Below the pieces are notes generated by a model. It was not told the origin of the DNA. It searched no databases and saw only the letters and a list, made by a program, of their open reading frames with translations. The position numbers and the translations under genes were made by a program. This document shows, in pieces, positions 1-6,544 of a stretch of 17,253 nt of DNA; position 1 is the first letter of the stretch, and the number at the start of each line of letters is the position of its first letter. The stretch spans positions 1 through 17,253 of the forward strand of contig JBFLWF010000039.1 in assembly GCA_040758355.1 (NCBI GenBank), written 5' to 3'. The stretch comes from Nitrospirota bacterium (lineage in GTDB: Bacteria; Nitrospirota; Thermodesulfovibrionia; Thermodesulfovibrionales; Dissulfurispiraceae).

Positions 1-123
<123 letters not shown>

Positions 124-186
124 TTTCGTTGAAATTTGATTCCGGTTAAAACTTGTTTTTGGAGTTCACGCACGCACTTATTTAGC

Positions 187-201
187 AGTTTTCAAAGAAC
201 A
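187..201 (-). promoter_or_regulatory. rrn leader boxA antitermination element
   Basis: Minus strand TGTTCTTTGAAAACT lies between the putative promoter and the 16S 5' end and matches the boxA consensus. Confidence 0.75.
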
Positions 202-209
202 AGATGATT

Positions 210-239
210 ATATTACCCTAATCATGAATTCTTTGTCAA
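210..239 (-). promoter_or_regulatory. Putative sigma70 rrn promoter
   Basis: Minus strand TTGACA (239-234), 18-nt spacer, TAATAT (215-210), directly upstream of boxA. Confidence 0.6.
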
Positions 240-301
240 GGGCGATGGAAAACTTTACTTAAAACCTGATTATCTGTTATAAATACAAGATACGTTTTAG
301 C

Positions 302-376
302 GGGCGATTAGCTCAGTGGGAGAGCGCTTCCTTCACACGGAAGAGGTCGCAGGTTCAATCCCTGCATCGCCTACCA
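302..376 (+). tRNA. tRNA-Val (anticodon CAC)
   Basis: Cloverleaf: acceptor GGGCGAT/ATCGCCT, D arm GCTC/GAGC, anticodon arm CTTCC-TTCACAC-GGAAG, T arm GCAGG-TTCAATC-CCTGC, encoded CCA at 374-376. Confidence 0.97.
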
Positions 377-380
377 TTTT

Positions 381-488
381 CATTAAGCTTTCAGCAATAA
401 GCCGTCAGCTATATTAAAGAGTAGAAGTAAAACGAATGATAACATCATTTATACAAAAAGACTGAAAGCTGACCGCTGATAGCTAATG
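381..488. repeat. Inverted arms of degenerate 7-nt tandem repeats (CAGCnnT / GCTGAnn) enclosing a probable four-helix-bundle gene remnant
   Basis: Left AAGCTTT CAGCAAT AAGCCGT CAGCTAT (385-412); right ACTGAAA GCTGACC GCTGATA GCTAATG (461-488). Loop 421-459 translates as VEVKRMITSFIQK. Confidence 0.75.
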
Positions 489-504
489 TCCAAGAGGTGA
501 AATC

Positions 505-1836
505 ATGCATATCACAATTATCGGAACCGGTTATGTAGGACTTGTTACAGGCGCCTGCTTTTCAGAATTCGGAGTGTTTGTAACGTGTATCGATAAGGAT
601 AAAAATAAAATAGAGTCCTTAAAGAATGGCGTCATTCCTTTCTATGAGCCGGGGCTTGAAGATCTTGTAAAAAGAAATTTCAAGCAAGGCAGGCTAAAAT
701 TTTCCACAGATATTGGGGAGGCAGTCGAAGAATCTCTCGTTATTTTTATTGCTGTGGGTACTCCTCCGCGGGGCGATGGTTCTGCAGACCTCAGTTATGT
801 GGATGATGTTGCAAAAGAGATCGCAAATCACATCAAAAGCTATAAAGTCATCGTTACAAAAAGCACCGTGCCGGTCGGTACAGGAGAGAGAATAAGAAAG
901 ATAATATCACAGCATCTGAAGGAAGAAGTCGATTTCGATATAGTCTCGAATCCTGAATTTCTCCGCGAAGGTGCTGCGATAGAGGATTTCATGAGGCCCA
1001 ACAGGATTGTAATAGGAGCAAGGAGCCAGCAGGCAGTAGCAATAATGAAAGACCTGTATAAGCCCCTCTATTTGATCGAGACGCCGTTTGTGATAACAAA
1101 CATAGAGACTGCAGAGCTAATCAAATATGCATCTAACTCATTCCTTGCAACAAAAGTCTCGTTTATCAATGAAATGGCAAACCTCTGTGAAAAGGTTGGT
1201 GCAGATGTCAATGTGGTTGCAAAAGGCATGGGGCTTGACGGAAGGATCGGCCCGAAATTTCTTCATGCTGGCCCTGGATTTGGAGGCTCATGTTTTCCAA
1301 AAGACACAAAGGCATTATTAAAAATCGCATCTGACCACAATGTTGATCTCGGAATCGTGGATGCCGCCATAAAGGCAAATGAAAGACAGATGTTATTGGC
1401 ATCGGAAAAAATTAAAAACACGCTTAACGACATTAAAGGCAAAACCATCGCAATCCTCGGACTTTCCTTTAAGCCAAATACAGACGACATAAGGGAAGCG
1501 CCTGCGATATCCATTATCCAGAGTTTATTGAATGCAGGTGCCAATATCAGGGCATACGACCCGGTTGCAATGGATAATACAAAAACAGTATTGCCGCATA
1601 TAACCTACTGCAACGATGCATACGATGCATGTGAAGGCGCAGATGCAGTTGTGATTGTCACAGAATGGAACCAGTTCAGGAATCTTGAAACAGAGAGGCT
1701 AATGAAGCTTTTGAAACAGCCTTATTTCTTCGACCTGAGAAATATATATGACCCCCAGAAGATGCAGGCACTGGGATTCAGGTATTATTCTGTAGGAAGA
1801 GCAACGGAGCAACAGAGCAGAAGCGCAGAAGCATAG
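505..1836 (+). CDS. ugd: UDP-glucose/GDP-mannose 6-dehydrogenase
   Basis: N-terminal Rossmann motif IGTGYVG, KSTVPVGT, SNPEFLREG, catalytic GFGGSCFPKD, FKPNTDDIRE; GAGGTG RBS upstream. Confidence 0.95.
   Translation: MHITIIGTGYVGLVTGACFSEFGVFVTCIDKDKNKIESLKNGVIPFYEPGLEDLVKRNFKQGRLKFSTDIGEAVEESLVIFIAVGTPPRGDGSADLSYVDDVAKEIANHIKSYKVIVTKSTVPVGTGERIRKIISQHLKEEVDFDIVSNPEFLREGAAIEDFMRPNRIVIGARSQQAVAIMKDLYKPLYLIETPFVITNIETAELIKYASNSFLATKVSFINEMANLCEKVGADVNVVAKGMGLDGRIGPKFLHAGPGFGGSCFPKDTKALLKIASDHNVDLGIVDAAIKANERQMLLASEKIKNTLNDIKGKTIAILGLSFKPNTDDIREAPAISIIQSLLNAGANIRAYDPVAMDNTKTVLPHITYCNDAYDACEGADAVVIVTEWNQFRNLETERLMKLLKQPYFFDLRNIYDPQKMQALGFRYYSVGRATEQQSRSAEA
1797..1832 (+). repeat. Left arm of 8-nt-period inverted repeat flanking the four-helix-bundle gene
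   Basis: AAGAGCAA CGGAGCAA CAGAGCAG AAGCGCAG AAGC; 30/36 identical to the reverse complement of 2194-2229. Confidence 0.85.
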
Positions 1837-1846
1837 AAAAACGGAA

Positions 1847-2194
1847 ATGGCTAAATACAAAAATCTTGTTGTCTGGCAAAAAGCTAATCTGCTTGCCCTT
1901 AAAGTTTACAAACTTACGGAAGATTTCCCGAAAAAAGAAACTTTGGGGATTGCAAGTCAACTGAGAAGATCTGCCCTTTCGGTGCCAACGAATATCGTTG
2001 AAGGTTATGGCCGCAAAAGCAAAACAGAACTTTCCCGTTTTATTGACATATCGCTTGGTTCTCTTGCAGAAACCGAATATCTCATCGAGTTTTCAAAGGA
2101 GCGTGGATATGCGAAAAATGATATCTCTGATGAGATAGAGGCGCTTATTGAAGAAGTCGGAAAGCTCTTGTGGAGCTTCCAAAAAAGCCTTTAG
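1847..2194 (+). CDS. Four helix bundle protein (23S rRNA intervening-sequence protein / Avd-like family)
   Basis: 115 aa with family-typical motifs YKNLVVWQKA, LTEDFPKKE, SQLRRSALSVPTNIVEGYGR, RFIDISLGSLAETEY. Confidence 0.92.
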   Translation: MAKYKNLVVWQKANLLALKVYKLTEDFPKKETLGIASQLRRSALSVPTNIVEGYGRKSKTELSRFIDISLGSLAETEYLIEFSKERGYAKNDISDEIEALIEEVGKLLWSFQKSL

Positions 2195-2778
2195 CTACTG
2201 CTCTTCTGCTCTATTGCTCTACTGCTCTTAAGGATATTCCTGAAACACGGGGAATTGCGGATATTATCATACGTCTTTGATGTCTTGATGTAGTTCCAGT
2301 TGTTATATCCCTTTTCTATAGCCATTTTCAGCCATCTGCAAGCCTCATCCGCATCATTTTTTGCAGAATAAAGTTCAGCCATACTGTTCAATGCATATAT
2401 ATTTTCAGAATTAATCTCGAGGGACTTTCTAATGTCTTTTTCTGCATCTTCTAATCTGCCCATCATAATATAGGCAAAACCGCGATTGTTATATGGGATG
2501 CCATTTTGTGGATTCAATTCAATTGCCTTAGAAAAATCCGCAATTGCAAGCTCATATTGCCCTGTCTGCATATATGAGTTTCCTCTGTTGTTATAAGAAG
2601 CAAAGAAATTCTGATTTAATTCTATAGCTTTGGTGAGATCAGCAATTGCAAGGTCGTATTGCCCTTTATAATAATAGGCAGAACCCCTATTACTATATGC
2701 TCTATAATCCGAGGGGTTTAACTCTATGGCCCTGGTAAACTTTATTATATCGAGGTCATGTTTTAATTTTTTGCTCAT
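2191..2778 (-). CDS. Tetratricopeptide repeat protein
   Basis: 34-aa repeats (AYSNRG..Y...GQYDLAIADLTKAIELN; SYNNRG..Y...GQYELAIADFSKAIELNP). ATG at 2778 preferred over TTG at 2802, start uncertain. The last residues are encoded by the repeat arm. Confidence 0.88.
   Translation of the reverse strand: MSKKLKHDLDIIKFTRAIELNPSDYRAYSNRGSAYYYKGQYDLAIADLTKAIELNQNFFASYNNRGNSYMQTGQYELAIADFSKAIELNPQNGIPYNNRGFAYIMMGRLEDAEKDIRKSLEINSENIYALNSMAELYSAKNDADEACRWLKMAIEKGYNNWNYIKTSKTYDNIRNSPCFRNILKSSRAIEQKSSS
2194..2229 (-). repeat. Right arm of 8-nt-period inverted repeat flanking the four-helix-bundle gene
   Basis: Reverse complement AAGAGCAG TAGAGCAA TAGAGCAG AAGAGCAG TAGC; begins at the stop codon of the four-helix-bundle ORF. 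Confidence 0.85.
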
Positions 2779-2848
2779 TGAATCAATATTACTACTCAAC
2801 AAAGCAAGCTGTCAAAAGGTTCTTTCTACTGTCGCCGAGGTTCACACC

Positions 2849-2866
2849 GTGTTGTAAAATAGACAC
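2849..2866. promoter_or_regulatory. Putative enhancer-binding-protein site (GTGT-N10-ACAC)
   Basis: GTGTTGTAAAATAGACAC contains TGT-N10-ACA and ends about 120 bp upstream of a sigma54 -24/-12 motif. Confidence 0.45.
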
Positions 2867-2876
2867 AGGATTCATT

Positions 2877-2980
2877 CAAGCAGTAAAGTAGTTAAGCAGT
2901 TAAGAATCTAAAGACATAGCACTAAAAATATCCTATTTTCAAGCCCTTAACTACCACGTACTTAAACCTTTTGCTACTTA
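2877..2980. repeat. Decayed inverted 8-nt-period repeat element
   Basis: Left CAAGCAGT AAAGTAGT TAAGCAGT TAAGAATC; right arm 2946-2980 reverse complement TAAGTAGCAAAAGGTTTAAGTACGTGGTAGTTAAG. Confidence 0.55.
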
Positions 2981-2987
2981 GGGGGTC

Positions 2988-3003
2988 TGGCATATTTGTT
3001 GCT
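2988..3003 (+). promoter_or_regulatory. Sigma54 (-24/-12) promoter upstream of the porin gene
   Basis: TGGCAT-ATTTG-TTGCT matches TGGCAY-N5-TTGCW with exact GG/GC spacing. Confidence 0.7.
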
Positions 3004-3054
3004 TATTTTTGTATTGGAATTTTGTTCTTTGTTAATTCTAAGTTTAGGTCTTCC

Positions 3055-3083
3055 TTGACAAGACAGGCTTGCCATGATATAAA
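3055..3083 (+). promoter_or_regulatory. Sigma70 promoter upstream of the porin gene
   Basis: TTGACA (3055-3060), 17-nt spacer ending in TGA (extended -10), TATAAA (3078-3083). Confidence 0.65.
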
Positions 3084-3234
3084 TTACGAGCCTTTAAAAA
3101 GGCGCTCATTCCATGTGTAATGAAGTCTGAAAAGGAGGTGATGCCGGGAATTAAGAGACAAAAAGTCCAAAGAAGCAGTTTAAGTCGTTCAAGCAGCAAA
3201 AATCCGCCTTTGGCGGAAAGATACTGAACCAAAA

Positions 3235-3312
3235 CCGTAATGCGTAATCCGTAAAGCGTAATGAGTAAAAATTCTAAAGTACTCATCACGCATAACTCAT
3301 CACGCATCACGG
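3235..3312. repeat. Hairpin of inverted 7-nt tandem repeats (GCGTRAT)
   Basis: Left CCGTAAT GCGTAAT CCGTAAA GCGTAAT GAGTA; right arm reverse complement CCGTGAT GCGTGAT GAGTTAT GCGTGAT GAGTA; 26/33 identical, 12-nt loop. Confidence 0.88.
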
Positions 3313-3334
3313 AATTGGGAAGTGGAGGCAGTAA

Positions 3335-4684
3335 ATGAAAAGATTTTTGGCAGTATTTGCGAGCTTGATGCTCGTGCTTGGCTTTGCAGTCAGCGCATTT
3401 GCCATTCATGCCGAGATACCTTCAGAGACTCAGGCAGTAGTGGCAAAGGGCAGCACCCAGTTAACACTGGGCGGTGAGATAAGGATGAGGGGCTGGTATT
3501 TAGACAACTATGGCGGTGACCGCAGAGGTACCACTGGTACTGATCCGCTTTCTCCGCGTGATGCTGCGGCGCAGGGCTGGTATGATGCAAGGGTAAGGCT
3601 CAGCATTCAGGCAGATGTAACAAAGAACACAACCGGATTTGTGATGCTGGAGAGCGGAACAGGCGCCACCTCTGATGGTTATGCGTGGGGACGTGATGGC
3701 AGCGGCATTAACTCTAAATCCACTGCTAACATGCTCATCCTTCAGGCATGGATTCAGCACAAAGGCTCAGGCTTACTTGGAATCCCTGCAGGCATAAAGG
3801 TCGGTCATATGCCTTTAGCACTTGGCGAAAAACAGTTCCTTGACCACACAAAGTTCGGCGATGACGCAATCGTATTCTTCATGGATCCAACAAAGGAACT
3901 TCACATTGGTTTATTGACAGCCAAACTTACAGAAGGTTCCACTGACGCATCCACTTCTAATGACATCAATTCTTATCATGTCCTCGCAACCTATAAGCTT
4001 AATAAGGACAACACCATCGGCATCAACTATACTCTTGTCAACAATCAGACATCAACCGAGAGCGACTTCCAGAACCTCGGTCTTCATGCAAACGGCAAAG
4101 TTGCAGGACTTTCATATGCCGCAGAGTTTGACACTCAGTTTGGAGATCAGACTGCAACTGTCAAATATAAGGGCTATGGCTTTCTCTTAAACCTCGGCTA
4201 TAAGATCGACCCAGTAAACATAAGGGTTGGTTATGCCTATGGCAGCGGTGACAACAACGCAGCAGACAACAAGAATAAGGAGTTTCAGGCCACATTGGGC
4301 AACGATGTGCATTACACATTCGTATATGAGTATACTACACGTGGAGCAGCCGGAAACCAGACATTGGCAAATACAAGCGGCCGCTCATCGGGCATAGCAA
4401 ACACATCTGTTTACAGGCTCGGACTCGATGTAGACGTTGTGAAAGACCTGTCAGCATCCATTGACGGCTTTATCCTCAGGGCAAACAAGGTAACAACAGG
4501 CTCAAAGAAGATCGGATCAGAAGTCGACCTCAAGCTTACATACAAGATCGACAGAAACCTCACCTACTCGATTACAGCCGGTTATCTCGATACAGGCAAG
4601 TGGTGGGAAGACACAGATGGCGTAACAGCAGCTAACAACAAGAATATCACACAGGTCATGCACGCTCTCACACTCAGCTTCTAA
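3335..4684 (+). CDS. Outer-membrane beta-barrel protein (porin / alginate-export-like)
   Basis: Signal peptide ending in ASAFA-type site, alternating beta-strand pattern, GSEVDLKLTY motif, C-terminal Phe (LTLSF), GGAGG RBS, followed by a terminator. Confidence 0.85.
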   Translation: MKRFLAVFASLMLVLGFAVSAFAIHAEIPSETQAVVAKGSTQLTLGGEIRMRGWYLDNYGGDRRGTTGTDPLSPRDAAAQGWYDARVRLSIQADVTKNTTGFVMLESGTGATSDGYAWGRDGSGINSKSTANMLILQAWIQHKGSGLLGIPAGIKVGHMPLALGEKQFLDHTKFGDDAIVFFMDPTKELHIGLLTAKLTEGSTDASTSNDINSYHVLATYKLNKDNTIGINYTLVNNQTSTESDFQNLGLHANGKVAGLSYAAEFDTQFGDQTATVKYKGYGFLLNLGYKIDPVNIRVGYAYGSGDNNAADNKNKEFQATLGNDVHYTFVYEYTTRGAAGNQTLANTSGRSSGIANTSVYRLGLDVDVVKDLSASIDGFILRANKVTTGSKKIGSEVDLKLTYKIDRNLTYSITAGYLDTGKWWEDTDGVTAANNKNITQVMHALTLSF

Positions 4685-4705
4685 AGAGCGTGATGCGAAA
4701 GACTC

Positions 4706-4736
4706 AAAAGGCGGGGCATTTGCCCCGCCTTTTTTG
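4706..4736 (+). terminator. Rho-independent terminator
   Basis: AAAAGGCGGGGCA-TT-TGCCCCGCCTTTTTT directly after the porin stop codon. Confidence 0.9.
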
Positions 4737-4737
4737 T

Positions 4738-4766
4738 TTGAAATCTAACTTGCCTTCCATTATAAT
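4738..4766 (+). promoter_or_regulatory. Sigma70 promoter, likely giving a leaderless mRNA
   Basis: TTGAAA, 17 nt, TATAAT (4761-4766); ATG at 4773 is 7 nt after the -10 with no SD between. Confidence 0.65.
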
Positions 4767-4772
4767 TGAATT

Positions 4773-4976
4773 ATGCCATTGGCACAGAAACAGAAAGAGA
4801 ACATTGCTAAATATCTTTTTGACATAAGTAAACTTTCTTTTGGCGGCATAGTTGTCGGAAAGATTATAGCCAGAGAGGAATTGCTATCATGGGTTTTTAT
4901 AATCGGTATTGCATTTTCTGTGGCTACATTTATCCTGGCAGTAGTTATAGATAAAGGAGGAAAAGCAAATGACTGA
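4773..4976 (+). CDS. Small two-TM membrane protein (resembles DUF6722-like proteins, from memory)
   Basis: 67 aa, ENIAKYLFDISKLSFGG followed by two hydrophobic segments; has its own promoter. Confidence 0.7.
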   Translation: MPLAQKQKENIAKYLFDISKLSFGGIVVGKIIAREELLSWVFIIGIAFSVATFILAVVIDKGGKAND

Positions 4977-5067
4977 TCTTGGTATAGTTTTTATCATTGG
5001 GACTATAGTTGCAGTAGGATTTATAATCTATTTCCTGCTTCATAAACCAAAGCAGAAACACGGGTAA
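4969..5067 (+). CDS. 32-aa single-TM small protein (absent from the ORF track)
   Basis: AAGGAGG SD at 4954-4960, ATG at 4969 overlapping the end of the upstream ORF; MTDLGIVFIIGTIVAVGFIIYFLLHKPKQKHG (TM helix plus basic tail). Confidence 0.7.
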   Translation: MTDLGIVFIIGTIVAVGFIIYFLLHKPKQKHG

Positions 5068-5147
5068 ACCATGCGATTTCTGTCATTTATCTTTGGAAAT
5101 TAGATAATTTAATTGAAAGGCTATTAATCAGATTAGTGGAATTCATC

Positions 5148-5624
5148 TCAGCTTCTAATCTCCTTCAACAAACACACTGCCTGTGCTGCAATGCCTTCTC
5201 CCCGACCAACAAACCCCATTCCTTCATTTGTCTTTGCCTTGATATTCAAAATTGCGGGAGAAATCCCTGCCTGTGAAATAGCATCTTTCATTGTGTTTAT
5301 ATGGGGTGCAATCTTTGGCCTTTCTGTTATGATTATGGAATCGATCCAGACAATCTCAAAGCCCTTTGATTTTGCGAGCTCAACGATGTGTTTTAAAAGC
5401 ATGATGCTTGAGGCATCTTTCCACCTATTGTCAGTATCAGGAAAATGTTTTCCTATGTCCCCTGCACCAATTGCGCCTATAATCGCATCAATAATTGCAT
5501 GACAGAGCACATCGCCGTCCGAATGTCCGAGGAGACCTTTTTCAAATGGGATATCAATGCCGCCGAGGATGAGCTTTCTACCCTCAACGAGCCTGTGCGA
5601 ATCGTAGCCAATGCCTATTCTCAT
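5148..5624 (-). CDS. ispF: 2-C-methyl-D-erythritol 2,4-cyclodiphosphate synthase
   Basis: MRIGIGYDSH, GHSDGDVLCHA, GDIGKHFPDTD, KAKTNEGMGFVGRGEGIAA; ATGA overlap with ispD. Confidence 0.97.
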   Translation of the reverse strand: MRIGIGYDSHRLVEGRKLILGGIDIPFEKGLLGHSDGDVLCHAIIDAIIGAIGAGDIGKHFPDTDNRWKDASSIMLLKHIVELAKSKGFEIVWIDSIIITERPKIAPHINTMKDAISQAGISPAILNIKAKTNEGMGFVGRGEGIAAQAVCLLKEIRS

Positions 5625-6406
5625 ATATTTTTCATAAGTGCTTCGGCGATATCTATATCTTCTGGCGTGGTTATTTTTATATTCCTGTATGAGCCCATTA
5701 TAATCTTAATCTTTCCGCCGTAACGCTCAATCAAAGCAGCATCATCGGTAGCGTAATATCTATCAGCAGTTGCCTTCCCGTATGCGTCTCTGATCTTTTC
5801 AAAGAAAAACACCTGCGGCGTTTGAATTGCCCACAAAACATTGCGGTTTAAAGTCTTTTCGACTATGAACTCCGGGGACAGTCCCGAATCGGAGCCTGCC
5901 CCGCACAACGATGCGGGGGCTTCGCCCGTAATTCTGGGACAGTCCCCTCTGCCATGCTGTCTTCTGGCTTCTTTAATAGTATCCTTGACAGGAACACCAA
6001 CCACAACCCCTTCACAGTCCTTCAACTCACTCAGGGATTTCCTGATAAGGTCGGCTTCTATAAGGGGTCTCACTCCGTCATGTATCAACACAACCGATGT
6101 TTTATCATCGAGTACCTTAAGGGCATTGTAAACAGAGTCCTGTCTCTCCTGTCCGCCGGGCACTATGCGCTTTACCTTTGTGATATTGTATTGCTCTACG
6201 AGGTCGCCGCACACAATCAAGTCGTCTTCTTTCAGTACAGGGATTATTTCCGCTATTTCCTCGATGCCCTGAAGCGTCTCGAGTGTCCATATAATCAGCG
6301 GTTTTTCCAAGAGGGGATGGAAGGGTTTGTTTTTTTCTTCGCCAAACCTCTTTCCAAGCCCTGCTGCAGGGACTATGGCAACAACTCTATCTCTTTTAGT
6401 CTTCAT
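5621..6406 (-). CDS. ispD: 2-C-methyl-D-erythritol 4-phosphate cytidylyltransferase, with an in-frame repeat insertion
   Basis: PAAGLGKRF, GGQERQDSV, IHDGVRP, QTPQVF, TDDA, NIKITTPEDI; about 25 extra residues after DTIKE. Confidence 0.95.
   Translation of the reverse strand: MKTKRDRVVAIVPAAGLGKRFGEEKNKPFHPLLEKPLIIWTLETLQGIEEIAEIIPVLKEDDLIVCGDLVEQYNITKVKRIVPGGQERQDSVYNALKVLDDKTSVVLIHDGVRPLIEADLIRKSLSELKDCEGVVVGVPVKDTIKEARRQHGRGDCPRITGEAPASLCGAGSDSGLSPEFIVEKTLNRNVLWAIQTPQVFFFEKIRDAYGKATADRYYATDDAALIERYGGKIKIIMGSYRNIKITTPEDIDIAEALMKNI
5874..5947. repeat. REP-like nested palindromic element inside ispD
   Basis: GGGACAGTCCC at 5875-5885 and 5936-5946; arms GGGGACAGTCCCGAAT / ATTCTGGGACAGTCCCC; inner hairpin CCCCGCA-CAACGA-TGCGGGG. 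Confidence 0.8.
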
Positions 6407-6414
6407 TGAGCTAT

Positions 6415-6540
6415 CAAATCCTAAATTCTAATATCTAAATCCTAATCAAATTATAAACCCAAACAACCCAAATTCAAAAAATTTCAACCATTACAACATT
6501 GGATACTGTTTAGGATTTAGTGCTTAGAGCTTAGAGTTTG
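6415..6540. repeat. Inverted AT-rich 7-nt tandem repeat element (AAATYCT)
   Basis: Left CAAATCCTAAATTCTAATATCTAAATCCTAATCAAAT; right arm reverse complement CAAACTCTAAGCTCTAAGCACTAAATCCTAAACAGTAT; fills the PIN/TRAM-ispD intergenic gap. Confidence 0.8.
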
Positions 6541-6544
6541 TCTT

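Noticed and set aside
3044..3409. 121-aa minus-strand ORF across the porin leader
   Set aside because: Antisense to the porin 5' end, largely a translation of the 7-mer hairpin, with no recognisable motif.
5076..5147. Plus-strand frame reading LDNLIERLLIRLVEFI, vaguely like a four-helix-bundle C-terminal helix
   Set aside because: No flanking repeat arms and only generic amphipathic similarity.
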